The position numbers and the translations under genes were made by a program. A stretch of 64,000 nucleotides of DNA from Phycisphaerales bacterium (GTDB taxonomy: Bacteria > Bacteroidota > Bacteroidia > Chitinophagales > Chitinophagaceae). Positions 1-10,785 of this stretch are shown here, piece by piece. Below the pieces are notes generated by a model that worked only from the letters and a program-made list of their open reading frames with translations, was not told the DNA's origin and did not search any database. Positions within the stretch are counted from its first letter, which is position 1, and every line of letters begins with the position of its first letter. The stretch is taken from positions 182 through 64,181 of the forward strand of contig JASGCQ010000003.1 of NCBI GenBank assembly GCA_030054025.1, given 5' to 3'.

Positions 1-195
1 TTCTTGTGGATTGCCCACAGCCAAAGTATTGCCATCGGCACTGATGACCATTCCTTTAGTGCCATAGCCATTGCCGCTGCTGCTTGATAAAGTTGGGGCT
101 TTGATATAATCTATGGCTGTACAGGAACCGTACTGGGCTGTGGCTGGCTTGTAGCCTGCGAAGAGTAATAATAAAAAAAGGTAAATTTTTTTCAT
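1..195 (-). CDS. N-terminus of a secreted FG-GAP/integrin-like beta-propeller repeat protein (runs off the window start)
   Basis: Manual translation MKKIYLFLLLLFAGYKPATAQYGSCTAIDYIKAPTLSSSSGNGYGTKGMVISADGNTLAVGNPQE: signal peptide ending AQ, then YIKA...ISADGNTLAVG typical of FG-GAP repeats. Confidence 0.6.
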   Translation of the reverse strand, partial: MKKIYLFLLLLFAGYKPATAQYGSCTAIDYIKAPTLSSSSGNGYGTKGMVISADGNTLAVGNPQE

Positions 196-606
196 TTCAT
201 GTTTATTTAGATTTGTAAATTTAGTACAAAAGTACACAAAATAGTTAAAAAAAAAACATTATTGGTTGATAAAGTAATTTTCAGGTTGTGCAGTAGCGGT
301 ATTTTTGAGTAATCTACCCCAAAAACAGCCTCCTTTTTGAAGCGATATTGTTGCTAATTTGATTGATAATCAAATTTTTGTGTTGTATATTTTCTACTAC
401 TTTGCCCTTTCAATTTTCCCCAAAGCAGTCAATAGATACCTATTGCAAAATCTGTGTTAAAGTGTAATAATGCGGCAATTAGGACTTACTCAACAACTCA
501 GCCTCGTTGGGATATTGCAGATTATTTATTGCGGGGAACTAAAAATCAACGCCAATGTTCTCAATAAATCACCTTTTGTGTGGTGAATGTGTCGTGGCAT
601 GAAAAT

Positions 607-637
607 GAAAAGGGCTTCAATTGCTTGAAACCCTTTT
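607..637 (-). terminator. Intrinsic terminator after tRNA-Asn
   Basis: AAAAGGGCTTCAA-TTGC-TTGAAACCCTTTT hairpin directly downstream of the tRNA. Confidence 0.6.
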
Positions 638-646
638 GTATTGTTG

Positions 647-720
647 CTCTCCCTGCTGGACTTGAACCAGCGACCCTCTGATTAACAGTCAGATGCTCTA
701 ACCAACTGAGCTAAGGAAGA
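647..720 (-). tRNA. tRNA-Asn (GTT)
   Basis: Reverse complement TCTTCCTTAGCTCAGTTGGTTAGAGCATCTGACTGTTAATCAGAGGGTCGCTGGTTCAAGTCCAGCAGGGAGAG: cloverleaf, GTT anticodon, GGTTCAA T-loop; CCA not encoded. Confidence 0.97.
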
Positions 721-776
721 ATACTTTAGCCAATTTGGGATTGCAAAAATAGACAGTTTTCTGTTTCTGCAAAATA

Positions 777-2729
777 TTATTTTGACTTTCTTCCAATAAA
801 TTTCAAATTTTTGAGCACGATAGCAAAATCAATGCCTACTACATAATGCTCGGCATAACTCAAATCGGCCAAATGTGCTAGCGAGGATGTGGGTATATAG
901 TCCTCCTGAAGGTTATAGGTAGGCAATATGCCGGGTTTTACTTTGGGCAAGCTCGCCTCGTTGGCGGTGTAGCCAACCCATGTTTGGCGACCCAAGAGTA
1001 CAAAAAAGATATTCGCAAAAAACTGAAGCTTATGCTTTGTGTAAAAAAATAAGATGGGCGAAAGGATCAAGAAGCTAATCGCTGCCACGATATCAAAAAC
1101 TCGTTTATTGCGCTGAGATATAAAAGTGGCCATGTTATACCGCTTATCGGCTGTGTATAAATCTCCTGAAGAATTGCTAGAATTGCTACCAACAAAGCTA
1201 TTGCTACCCGGCAAGTGTATTTTGTAGTCAAATGCTGGCCCGCAATGCTGCATTTGCGCCAGTATGGTTTCGTAACTCAAGCCATTGACGCAAAAAACGA
1301 TTTCATTAATATTCAATGCGTGCAGCATAGGCTTCATGTCATGCACCGAGGTCAATACTGCAGCCTCATTTTGGAGCATACCTATTCTACCAACAATATC
1401 GGGCGCATAATGCACCCTATCCAATATTTGTGCCGTTGTTTTAAAGTGTTCTTCGGATGCTACAATAACAGCTCTTTTGGGCACACGATTGTATCGAACA
1501 ATCTTTGCAATCCCGAGCCAGTTGAGTAGTTCGTGTAAAATAACTAAAGCTAAAGCACCCAAAGCACCACTGAATAATATAACCGCACGAGAATAGCGAT
1601 ACTCTGCTGATAATACACCAAAATAAGCCAGTATAATAATCGTACCGATAATCATGCCTCGGATGACGCGCAAGGCACGATAGGGTTGGTCATATCCGCC
1701 ATTGAGATATACGCTCAATATCCACAACAGAATATAGACGGGGAATGTGGCATATAGGGTTGTTGAATCAATTGGTTTTAAATTCCGCACTCCTTCCACC
1801 CAAAAATTATTCATCAGTATCAAGATAGCCAGCAAAGCCAAAGCGTCGAACATGGGTGTTTTAAAAAATTTAAAAAACACTTTTAAAAAGGACCACAAAG
1901 CCCTAAAAGCAATACCTATATTAATCAGCAATATAAATAAGGCTGCATTGGCTTTGGTATAATGCTTACGCACAAAGGTGGATAGTGCTTCATTAAATAC
2001 TCGGATATAAGAAAGTGAGGCTTTTCGAGTACTTTCTCCTTTATAATGGATCAAGCTGGCTTCAGGAAAATAAATATTTTTGAAACCAGCATTCTGTACT
2101 CGAAACGATAAATCTACATCCTCGCAATACATAAAATAATCTTCGTCAAATGCCTTGCCTATGGTAGCTAATAAGGAATGACGCAACAGCATACAACATC
2201 CTGAAAGTACTTCTACTGCTGCAGTTTGGTCTTCTTTAATATGTACGGCATAATACTTGTTGATATAGGTAGAACGGGGGAATATTTTATTGAGGCCCGT
2301 AGTTTTGAATAGGGCAACGGATAGACTAGGGAATGATTTTTTGGCATCGGGTGCAAATAGACCTTTACCGTCTATCAATCGAGGTCCTAATGCGCCGACA
2401 TCGGGATGTTCGTCTAAATAAGGAATCGTTTTTTTGAAAAAATCTTCCGGCATTACGGTATCTGGATTGAGAAAAAGCAAATATTCGCCTTTTGCTATAG
2501 CAACAGCTTGATTATTCGCCTTTGAAAAGCCATTATTGTCTTTGTTTTCAATCAATATTACCGAAGGAAATTGTGTTTTGACCATGGTACAACTCGCATC
2601 TGAGGAATTGTTGTCCACGACTATTACTTCGGCATCAAAAGCATCAATAGCGCGCATAACCGAATGCAGGCATACTTCTAAAAAGTACTGCACATTGTAA
2701 TTGACTATTATAATGGATATTTTTTTCAC
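777..2729 (-). CDS. GT2 family glycosyltransferase with C-terminal membrane and sugar-transferase-like region
   Basis: ISIIIVNYN, VVDNNSSD, LFLNPD, FDEDYFMYCED, IHYKGES motifs, followed by several TM helices. Confidence 0.9.
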   Translation of the reverse strand: MKKISIIIVNYNVQYFLEVCLHSVMRAIDAFDAEVIVVDNNSSDASCTMVKTQFPSVILIENKDNNGFSKANNQAVAIAKGEYLLFLNPDTVMPEDFFKKTIPYLDEHPDVGALGPRLIDGKGLFAPDAKKSFPSLSVALFKTTGLNKIFPRSTYINKYYAVHIKEDQTAAVEVLSGCCMLLRHSLLATIGKAFDEDYFMYCEDVDLSFRVQNAGFKNIYFPEASLIHYKGESTRKASLSYIRVFNEALSTFVRKHYTKANAALFILLINIGIAFRALWSFLKVFFKFFKTPMFDALALLAILILMNNFWVEGVRNLKPIDSTTLYATFPVYILLWILSVYLNGGYDQPYRALRVIRGMIIGTIIILAYFGVLSAEYRYSRAVILFSGALGALALVILHELLNWLGIAKIVRYNRVPKRAVIVASEEHFKTTAQILDRVHYAPDIVGRIGMLQNEAAVLTSVHDMKPMLHALNINEIVFCVNGLSYETILAQMQHCGPAFDYKIHLPGSNSFVGSNSSNSSGDLYTADKRYNMATFISQRNKRVFDIVAAISFLILSPILFFYTKHKLQFFANIFFVLLGRQTWVGYTANEASLPKVKPGILPTYNLQEDYIPTSSLAHLADLSYAEHYVVGIDFAIVLKNLKFIGRKSK

Positions 2730-2988
2730 CTATTTGTATGCGGTCTGATGGACTGGAAAAGGATGCGAATATAAAGCTAGGGCGTGGTAAATCAATTGCA
2801 TTTGCTAAAAACATTTTGCGGATGGTAATCGTATAAAAATGTTGTTTTTATTTTATGGCTTAATGGTCTCATTTTCTCTGTTAGAATTGCTCAAAAATAC
2901 TTGTTCGTAGTTGATTTCACAAAAATGAAGCAATGGATTACTGATTATAATCATTTTATGCAGGGTATCAAATTCGACTAACAGCAAT

Positions 2989-2996
2989 TACCTTTG
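2989..2996 (+). promoter_or_regulatory. Bacteroidota sigmaA -7 element upstream of fumC
   Basis: TACCTTTG matches TAnnTTTG, 45 bp before the ATG. Confidence 0.6.
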
Positions 2997-3041
2997 CGGC
3001 GGTAAAAAATATTATTCATCTTATACTTTCATCAATCCACA

Positions 3042-4442
3042 ATGGAATTCCGCATCGAAAAAGACACTATGGGCGAAGTAAAAGTGCCTGTAACCGCTTA
3101 TTATGGCGCACAAACACAACGCTCGATTGACAATTTTAAAATTGCTCAAGACATCAACCGTATGCCCAAAGAAATCATTAGTGCTTTTGCTTATCTAAAA
3201 AAAGCAGCGGCTTTGACCAATACAGAGTTGGCGGGTCTTGCTCCCGAAAAATCTAAGTTGATTGGGCAGGTTTGTGATGAAATTTTGGCAGGGAAATTGG
3301 ATAACGAATTTCCTTTGGTGGTATGGCAAACAGGTTCGGGCACACAGAGTAATATGAACGTGAATGAGGTGGTAGCATATCGGGCGCATGTGTTGCAGGG
3401 TGGCTCTTTAAGCGATAAGGATAAATTTATCCATCCCAATGACGATGTCAACAAATCTCAATCTTCCAACGATACCTTCCCAACGGCAATGCACATTGCT
3501 GCCTACAAGATATTGGTAGAAACGACTATCCCCGGTATCAAAAAATTGCGTGATACTTTGGCTCAAAAATCCAAAGAATACAGGCAGGTGGTCAAAATTG
3601 GCCGTACCCATTTTATGGATGCAACACCGATTACTTTGGGACAAGAAATTAGCGGCTATGTTTCACAACTTGACCATGGTTTAAAAGCTATCAACAACAG
3701 CTTAGCTCACCTGAGCGAATTGGCTCTGGGAGGTACTGCGGTAGGCACAGGCATTAATACTCCGGTAGGTTATGCAGAAAATGTTGCGGATAAAATTGCC
3801 CAATTAACAGGACTACCCTTCGTAACTGCTGAAAATAAATTCGAGAGCCTTGCTGCCCACGATGCCATTGTAGAAGCGCATGGTGCTTTGAAAACGGTAG
3901 CGGTAAGTTTGATGAAAATTGCCAATGATGTGCGTATGTTGAGTTCGGGACCAAGAAGTGGTATTGGAGAAATTATGATTCCGGATAATGAGCCAGGCTC
4001 TTCTATCATGCCCGGCAAGGTGAACCCTACACAATGCGAGGCTTTGAGCATGATTGCTGCTCAAGTAATGGGTAATGATGTAGCGATATCAATAGGAGGT
4101 TCTAATGGTCATTTTGAGCTAAATGTGTTCAAACCTGTAATGATTTACAATTTCTTACACAGTGCTCGTTTAATCGGGGATGCTTGTGTATCCTTCAATG
4201 ACAAATGCGCTGTGGGCATCGAGCCGATTGAAAAAAACATTCAAGCTCATTTGAATAATTCTTTAATGTTGGTTACTGCTTTAAATACCAAAATTGGTTA
4301 TTATAAAGCTGCCGAAATCGCACAAACGGCACATAAAAAAGGACAAACTTTGAAAGAAACTGCGGTGGAATTGGGTTATGTAACTGCCGAAGAATTTGAT
4401 GCTTGGGTGGATCCGAAAACTATGGTAGGTGATATTGGCTAA
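3042..4442 (+). CDS. fumC: Class II fumarate hydratase
   Basis: [53 protein letters not shown] signature. Confidence 0.98.
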   Translation: MEFRIEKDTMGEVKVPVTAYYGAQTQRSIDNFKIAQDINRMPKEIISAFAYLKKAAALTNTELAGLAPEKSKLIGQVCDEILAGKLDNEFPLVVWQTGSGTQSNMNVNEVVAYRAHVLQGGSLSDKDKFIHPNDDVNKSQSSNDTFPTAMHIAAYKILVETTIPGIKKLRDTLAQKSKEYRQVVKIGRTHFMDATPITLGQEISGYVSQLDHGLKAINNSLAHLSELALGGTAVGTGINTPVGYAENVADKIAQLTGLPFVTAENKFESLAAHDAIVEAHGALKTVAVSLMKIANDVRMLSSGPRSGIGEIMIPDNEPGSSIMPGKVNPTQCEALSMIAAQVMGNDVAISIGGSNGHFELNVFKPVMIYNFLHSARLIGDACVSFNDKCAVGIEPIEKNIQAHLNNSLMLVTALNTKIGYYKAAEIAQTAHKKGQTLKETAVELGYVTAEEFDAWVDPKTMVGDIG

Positions 4443-4458
4443 CAATATTGCTTCAATT

Positions 4459-4495
4459 AAAAAGAACCATCTACACAGTAGATGGTTCTTTTTTT
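4459..4495. terminator. Bidirectional intrinsic terminator between fumC and the convergent T9SS gene
   Basis: AAAAAGAACCATCTAC-ACA-GTAGATGGTTCTTTTTTT. Confidence 0.85.
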
Positions 4496-4521
4496 GCTCG
4501 AAAAAAACGATTGATAAGTCG

Positions 4522-6270
4522 CTAGATTTTTACAAACTTAATTCCCGTTATTCTTTGTTTGCTGTCTATAATCCAGACAAGGTATGTAGCCCGCGGCAAC
4601 ATGCTAATGTCATAATTTTCGGTTGGGTTATTTGCGGTAAATCCTAGCTCTACCCTTCCGATTAGATTGAGGATACGAATTTCTGAAGGACTAGAAAGTC
4701 CAGTAAGGGTAATATTAGCTTTTGCAGGGTTGGGATACAACACAATAGGGTTATCATCATCGCATATCACAAGGGCGGTTATGTTCTTCGACAAGGAGTA
4801 GTTGCCGGCAGAGTCCACATACAGCAAACGATAATAGTTTTTTCCGGTAACAGGAGAACTGTCCCAATATTGATATTCAGAATTATCGCCCTTGGGGTCA
4901 ATGGTGGCAATAGTAGTATAAACTACGCTATCTACACTATGTTGCAATTGAAATTTTTTAATATTTATTTCCTTAGTTGACTTGAATTTGATAGTTACCG
5001 CACAGTTGGCAGTATCTGTTTCAAACAATTGCAATACTATAGGTGCCGGTTGGAATGCAAAGGTTGATTTGGTAAAATAAGAAATGGAGTCGGTGGGTGA
5101 TGTAGCAAAATTATTATAGGTTCTTGTATTCGTACTCGAGCCTGCAATAGGCGTAAGCGTAGCATTTAGATTGCCTATAGAACTTGCTACACCTTTGTTT
5201 TTTTGCCAGGCAGTGCTACTGATGCTATCTCCTGTAGTATTCTGATTAATATCGCCCCATCTGGTTATAAAATTATAGGCTTCGGAAAATACAGTTCTGT
5301 TGGTAGCAGTATTGTGTTGTAAGGTAACGGAACTCACTCCTACCGCAACGTTTGCGTACACGTTCCATGTTCTGTCCACACCATCATCTACGGTATAGGG
5401 TGCGTTTTCGGTGGAGGTACTTGCCGTGTAATTTTTTACCATTACATGCATGGTATTGGCAGTAAAATTATTGATAGCGGCGGGTGTATAATCATTGTCT
5501 GCAATACCTACGGGGAATATCCAATTGCCGGTATAGTTTTCTTTTACTACATATCCAGAGCCTGAAGTAATAGCGAATCTATCGGATTGATAACCGTCTT
5601 GACTTGCATTTTGGCTAAAAACCAAATCATGATTACCTAAATCAATATTTCCATTTGCGACATCCCATTGCATTTGACCTTCGATACGGGTTGGGGTATT
5701 AATCAATAGTACATTGTTCGTATTTTTTAGGTGCAACACTACATCCATTGGCACATCAGCACCATCCAAATTTTGAAATGAATTTCCATCACCATAAGCC
5801 GCCAACCAAGGACTGCAATTGAGCCATGCACTAGGTATGCTTGGTCTTGAAGAAATAAAGCTTAAATCTCCACCGGGTATTGTATTCATGCTTGCGCCAT
5901 CTATTATGCTTGCACTAGCCGTATTTTCCCATGTTTTTCCATAAAAATTAATCACTGCACCTTTATGAACAATCAATTGGGCTTCGTTGAGCATATCGCC
6001 ATAAATAGTCAGCTGCCCTGCACTATCTACTTCAATTACGCCTTTATTGTGTATGGCGCCATAAACATCGTACACTCCGTTAGATCCGATTTCTAAATAG
6101 CCTGAAACATCTATATCCACATCGCCCCCGGAAGCTCCTTGGTAATTGATGTAATTGTTAGCGTTAATATAAATACCCTGACTGCCCCCCGCACCACTTT
6201 GGGCCCTTACGCTTCCAAAGCACATTAGGGTCAGACCAAATAGTAGATAGCTGGGGCAAATATTTTTCAC
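4522..6270 (-). CDS. T9SS type A sorting domain-containing secreted protein (likely GTG start 6270; ORF track starts 6342)
   Basis: Signal peptide ...SVRAQ; FPVGIADNDYTPAAI adhesin-like segment; PIVLQLF...F.LQHS.D Ig-like segment; CTD LYPNPA...IRILNLIG...RATYLV...KFVKI. Confidence 0.85.
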   Translation of the reverse strand: MKNICPSYLLFGLTLMCFGSVRAQSGAGGSQGIYINANNYINYQGASGGDVDIDVSGYLEIGSNGVYDVYGAIHNKGVIEVDSAGQLTIYGDMLNEAQLIVHKGAVINFYGKTWENTASASIIDGASMNTIPGGDLSFISSRPSIPSAWLNCSPWLAAYGDGNSFQNLDGADVPMDVVLHLKNTNNVLLINTPTRIEGQMQWDVANGNIDLGNHDLVFSQNASQDGYQSDRFAITSGSGYVVKENYTGNWIFPVGIADNDYTPAAINNFTANTMHVMVKNYTASTSTENAPYTVDDGVDRTWNVYANVAVGVSSVTLQHNTATNRTVFSEAYNFITRWGDINQNTTGDSISSTAWQKNKGVASSIGNLNATLTPIAGSSTNTRTYNNFATSPTDSISYFTKSTFAFQPAPIVLQLFETDTANCAVTIKFKSTKEINIKKFQLQHSVDSVVYTTIATIDPKGDNSEYQYWDSSPVTGKNYYRLLYVDSAGNYSLSKNITALVICDDDNPIVLYPNPAKANITLTGLSSPSEIRILNLIGRVELGFTANNPTENYDISMLPRATYLVWIIDSKQRITGIKFVKI

Positions 6271-6307
6271 CGAGTTATGATACAAAAGTATAGAAATTGT
6301 TTGTCTA

Positions 6308-7279
6308 TTAAGGTGTCTTAAAGAAAGTCTTTTGGCTGGCAAAAACTATAGCTCTTTGTGCGCTTGATGCATATTGGGTTACTACTATTTCTGATATCTT
6401 TAATATAGCAGAAGCCGAAGCATTACCATATATCTGATTGATTGCTATTATTGGGGTGTCGAGTGCGGCGGCGGTGGGGAATGGTAGTATTGAAGCTGAA
6501 GTAGTAGAATTATCTATTTCAAAATATGGTTCGCGACGCTGGAGCACTCTCCATAATGCGAGGTCGAGCGTTGTTGTATTATGGCTGATTGTACTCGCTG
6601 AATCTGCAATTCCAAATCTTGTTACCCCTAACTTGCCCGTGGCATAATAGGTATTGATATTGTATGAATATGTTGTACCTTGAGCTACCGCAGCATTATC
6701 GCCAGGAGTAGTTGCTCTATATACCGAAAATAAACTAGCAGCTGTAAGCCTAATTGCAGTGGTAAGACCTAAAAACATTAAAGTATGAAAACCGTTAAAC
6801 TGAATGGTAGCAATACTATTTTCTGTAATCAAAGTGCCGGCATTTACAATGCGCGGCTGGGCTGATGTTGTCGTTTGTACAGCATTATTCCTAAGACCAG
6901 ATTGATCGTACCAAGTATTTACATAAACATCTCTTCCACTGTAAAAGGTGCTAAAAGTCAAGGTAGAACCAACAGCAAGCCCGCCGGTGCCCGAGGAGGA
7001 AATGACAACGTTGCTATTTGCCGTTACTACATTATCATCAAATAGAACATCTGCCTCGGCATTATCCCCACTGCGCCTCACACGCATACATGAAGCGTTG
7101 TAGCTTCTTTTTAATTTACGAACACTATAGGCGGGTCCTATTGCATTAGCGAATTTGTCCACTAAGTCTAATAAATATAGATTCCGATTCAAAGCCCAAA
7201 ATTGCTGTATAGCACTTTGAGCCTGTAACTGTTGATTTAAGAGAGAAAAAAAAAGCAATAATCCAAAAATCTTACGCAT
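6308..7279 (-). CDS. Secreted lectin-like protein (arabinofuranosidase-B-catalytic-like / LamG concanavalin fold); likely start 7279
   Basis: Signal peptide ...LQAQ; AYSVRKL...Y...CMRVRRSGDNAE.D..F and VNTWYDQSG...NAVQTT...QPRIV motifs. Confidence 0.6.
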   Translation of the reverse strand: MRKIFGLLLFFSLLNQQLQAQSAIQQFWALNRNLYLLDLVDKFANAIGPAYSVRKLKRSYNASCMRVRRSGDNAEADVLFDDNVVTANSNVVISSSGTGGLAVGSTLTFSTFYSGRDVYVNTWYDQSGLRNNAVQTTTSAQPRIVNAGTLITENSIATIQFNGFHTLMFLGLTTAIRLTAASLFSVYRATTPGDNAAVAQGTTYSYNINTYYATGKLGVTRFGIADSASTISHNTTTLDLALWRVLQRREPYFEIDNSTTSASILPFPTAAALDTPIIAINQIYGNASASAILKISEIVVTQYASSAQRAIVFASQKTFFKTP

Positions 7280-7343
7280 AATCCAGATTTTCAATTAGAA
7301 AAAAAGTAAAACAGATCAATAAACTTAGTAGTCTAGTCATTAG

Positions 7344-8165
7344 TTAGTTATAGTTATTACCTATCGTCCAATAATAATTCGTACCATCATAATAGAAGGC
7401 CAGAATATCAACAGCACCAGCGGTTTGGGTCAAGTTTACCTTTCCTAATCCACCATTAACTACTTTAGAGTTTGAAGGTAAATTAATGACGCAACCTACT
7501 CCAGCATTAATCAAACGTATCAAACCACACATACCTGCTTTTGGATTAGTTATCGTTAAGGTATTGGTCGTAGCCAAAGTCCATACTGCATAAACTCCCA
7601 AATTCAAATTCCAAGTGCCGGAGATTGTCTGCACTGGTGAGGTATAGTTAGGGGCTGAAATGGTACTATCAGCACTAACTCTTCCTTTCACATCCAATTG
7701 TGCTGTATTAGTAGATTTACCAATACTCACATTTCCTGTAATATAAACATTATCGGTATTACTCGTAGATGGGGTAAGGGGGGGGCTACCTATAATATTC
7801 CATGGTTCTCTTACTATTGCATTAGGGCTTGCCCTTTTCAATACACCAGTACTAGGATCGACCATGACAATACTATCACTTACCGAACCAGAATTTAATG
7901 TAATAATACGACCTGTATTCACAACCAAACTATCCGTTGCTCTAATTTTTCCTGTTACATCCAGTTTGTAAGTTGGGGTGGTATTGCCAATTCCGACATT
8001 GCCCGTATTTTTATTGAAGATATTGCCCGCAGAAACTGGACTTGATAGCCCCCATTTACTACTATCTACAGACAAAACCGTACCCTTTTGATTCACAATA
8101 GAAACCTGAGCATTAAGTTTGCCTAACAAGAACAAGAATAGGATTGTAATTTTGACGTGTTTCAT
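7344..8165 (-). CDS. Secreted tail-fibre-like protein with GNVGIG repeats (likely start 8165)
   Basis: Signal peptide ...LNAQ; GNVGIGNTTPTYKLDVTG and GNVSIGKSTNTAQLDVKG; C-terminal beta-rich domain ending DILAFYYDGTNYY. Confidence 0.6.
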   Translation of the reverse strand: MKHVKITILFLFLLGKLNAQVSIVNQKGTVLSVDSSKWGLSSPVSAGNIFNKNTGNVGIGNTTPTYKLDVTGKIRATDSLVVNTGRIITLNSGSVSDSIVMVDPSTGVLKRASPNAIVREPWNIIGSPPLTPSTSNTDNVYITGNVSIGKSTNTAQLDVKGRVSADSTISAPNYTSPVQTISGTWNLNLGVYAVWTLATTNTLTITNPKAGMCGLIRLINAGVGCVINLPSNSKVVNGGLGKVNLTQTAGAVDILAFYYDGTNYYWTIGNNYN

Positions 8166-8806
8166 TTGAAAATTATTGCGAATCATATTTCACAACTACA
8201 TTTGGTATAACAAAAATAATACCACAAATTGTAAAATAAAAAAAACATACTCTTTATAAAAAAAATCTTATTCGATCACAGAACTTGTATCATTATGTAC
8301 TTAATACGATGTAGCGCTTCATATTGAAAATATCCATATCGAAACTATTGTATTGTTTTTTTAAAAAAAGGGGCAATAATGGTCTGCATTATAAACAATA
8401 AAAATTCACTTTGCCTATTTATTAAATGTAAGTAACCTTTTATCGCCATACTTTTTTAATACAGTCCCCCAAGGGTGATGCCTTTTTATTGGCCAATGAC
8501 TTAATCATCAAACTTCTAATTAGATGGGCTATTATTTGTGTAATTACATTGGGCTATTGATTACTTCAAACAAAAAACAAAAACACCTAGTTGTACCGCT
8601 TTTTTTTAGCTTAAAATCAAACCATTGGCGCACTTATAGTATTAGCTGTATATCATCAGGTGGTATATGTCTTGAAGGTTTTTTTTGGCTCCAAGGCAAG
8701 TAACAATGATAAGACCAATAGCCATTAAAAAGCATTAGATGGTTAAAATGATATAAGCCCCCAATGATAACCACAATTTACATCTATAGAGATTGGGATT
8801 ATTTTT

Positions 8807-8846
8807 AAAAAGCGACATAGGGCTAGATAACTAGACCTATGTTGCT
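8807..8846 (-). terminator. Intrinsic terminator downstream of the 586-aa repeat gene
   Basis: Minus strand AGCAACATAGGTCTAG-TTAT-CTAGCCCTATGTCGCT followed by TTTT. Confidence 0.7.
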
Positions 8847-8976
8847 TATTTTATTTTCAAATCACTTTCAATAATATGCGCTGCTATCGTCAATCTTGGC
8901 TTTGTTCTATCAACTTAACAAGAAACTGAGTAGTAAAGTACTAAAAAAGAAAATCTCGTTAGCCATTTAAGATTGA

Positions 8977-10737
8977 CTATTTTAACCACTGAACCTCTAT
9001 TCTGTCACCGGCAGAAACAGTATAGTTGTCAGGAGCGGGGTTTGAGGTTACTAAGGTAACAGTTGTTCCTGAAATAGTGTAATCAAAACCAGCAATTAAT
9101 TTTACGCCATTACGATACACCCATACGCGCGATGTATTAGAAGGCATGTTAGTAACTGTATAAGTGGTTAAGCCAGCAGTTGCTGTAAAGATTTGCTCAC
9201 CACTTGTAATCAATGTAGATGGAGAAACTCTTTTCAAAACACCTGCTGTATCTGCTACTACGATACTGTCTGAAGCAAGCGTACCACTTTGTAATCCTTT
9301 TACGGCTAAGGTATTGGTTGCAGAAGCTGTTATGGTAGTTGCCTTAGCCAATGTACCGCCCAATTGTACGGTATCACCACTTTTTGATAAACCGTTGCTG
9401 GCTTGTACTAGGCTAGAGGATGATTTTCTTTTCAATACGCCTGTTGAAGGATCAACGGTTACGATACTGTCGCCTGCTGCGGCACTTTGTAACCCTTGTA
9501 CGGCTAAGGTATTGGTTGCAGTTGTAGTTACTGTAGTTGCTTTAGCCAATGTGCCACCTAATTGTGTGGTATCACCACTTTTTGATAAACCGTTGCTGGC
9601 TTGTACTAGGCTAGAGGATGATTTTCTTTTCAATACGCCTGTTGAAGGATCAACGGTTACGATACTGTCGCCTGCTGCGGCACTTTGTAACCCTTGTACG
9701 GCTAAGGTATTGGTTGCAGTTGTAGTTACGGTAGTTGCCTTAGCCAATGTGCCGCCCAATTGTACGGTATCACCACTTTTTGACAAACCGTTGTTGGCTT
9801 GTACTAGGTTAGAGGATGATTTTCTTTTCAATACGCCTGTTGAAGGATCAACGGTTACGATACTGTCGCCTGCTGCGGCACTTTGTAACCCTTGTACGGC
9901 TAAGGTATTGGTTGCAGAAGCTGTTATGGTAGTTGCCTTAGCCAATGTGCCACCTAATTGTGTGGTATCACCACTTTTTGATAAACCGTTGTTGGCTTGT
10001 ACTAGGCTAGAGGATGATTTTCTTTTCAATACGCCTGTTGAAGGATCAACGGTTACGATACTGTCGCCTGCTGCGGCACTTTGTAACCCTTGTACGGCTA
10101 AGGTATTGGTTGCAGAAGCTGTTATGGTAGTTGCTTTAGCCAATGTGCCACCTAATTGTGTGGTATCACCACTTTTTGACAAACCGTTGTTGGCTTGTAC
10201 TAGGTTAGAGGATGATTTTCTTTTCAATACGCCTGTTGAAGGATCAACGGTTACGATACTGTCGCCTGCTGCGGCACTTTGTAACCCTTGTACGGCTAAG
10301 GTATTGGTTGCAGAAGCTGTTATGGTAGTTGCCTTAGCCAATGTGCCACCCAATTGTACGGTATCACCACTTTTGGTCAAACCATTGTTGGCAAACAAAC
10401 TCATTAAGTCTGCAACCGACATTTTTTTGATTTGTCCGGTTGTATTATTTACCATCATAACACTATCCGAACGACTACCACTTTGCAATCCAGTCAATTG
10501 AAGGAATTGAGTGGCTGAAGTAGCGATTGTGGTTGTTTCGGTAAGTGTACCACCCAGCTTTACAGAATCGCCAGATTTGGTCAAACCATTTTTAACATTA
10601 ATCAATACAGATGTAGTGCTATCTAGTACCCATTTGATGGTACCCTTATTGTCCACTACCCTAGTAGTAGCTTTTTGGGCATCTGCTACAGCAATAAGCC
10701 CAATGGAAATAGCGAGTGTTAGGATAATTTTTCTCAT
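8977..10737 (-). CDS. Secreted Thr/Ser/Ala-rich protein with seven 66-aa repeats (fibre/adhesin-like)
   Basis: Signal peptide MRKIILTLAISIGLIAVADAQ; repeats NGL.KSGDT.QLGGTLAKATT...DSIVTVDPSTGVLKRKSS; C-terminal domain with VWVYRNGVKL...DYT. Confidence 0.8.
   Translation of the reverse strand: MRKIILTLAISIGLIAVADAQKATTRVVDNKGTIKWVLDSTTSVLINVKNGLTKSGDSVKLGGTLTETTTIATSATQFLQLTGLQSGSRSDSVMMVNNTTGQIKKMSVADLMSLFANNGLTKSGDTVQLGGTLAKATTITASATNTLAVQGLQSAAAGDSIVTVDPSTGVLKRKSSSNLVQANNGLSKSGDTTQLGGTLAKATTITASATNTLAVQGLQSAAAGDSIVTVDPSTGVLKRKSSSSLVQANNGLSKSGDTTQLGGTLAKATTITASATNTLAVQGLQSAAAGDSIVTVDPSTGVLKRKSSSNLVQANNGLSKSGDTVQLGGTLAKATTVTTTATNTLAVQGLQSAAAGDSIVTVDPSTGVLKRKSSSSLVQASNGLSKSGDTTQLGGTLAKATTVTTTATNTLAVQGLQSAAAGDSIVTVDPSTGVLKRKSSSSLVQASNGLSKSGDTVQLGGTLAKATTITASATNTLAVKGLQSGTLASDSIVVADTAGVLKRVSPSTLITSGEQIFTATAGLTTYTVTNMPSNTSRVWVYRNGVKLIAGFDYTISGTTVTLVTSNPAPDNYTVSAGDRIEVQWLK
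9200..10590. repeat. Intragenic tandem repeat with a 198-bp unit: five near-identical copies (9397-10386) plus one diverged copy on each side
   Basis: CACTTTGTAACCCTTGTACGGCTAAGG recurs at 9483, 9681, 9879, 10077 and 10275, exactly 198 bp apart. Confidence 0.95.
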
Positions 10738-10785
10738 TATTATCTATTTAGTTGTTTGTTTACTTGCTAAAAAAAAATAAATTTA

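Noticed and set aside
8187-8976. 790-bp intergenic region as a possible riboswitch or ncRNA
   Set aside because: Only a terminator was recognisable; no conserved riboswitch motif or repeat could be supported.
9164-10501. 445-aa plus-strand ORF over the repeat array
   Set aside because: Antisense shadow of the repetitive 586-aa gene; a stop-free unit propagates through all copies; no signal peptide or start context.
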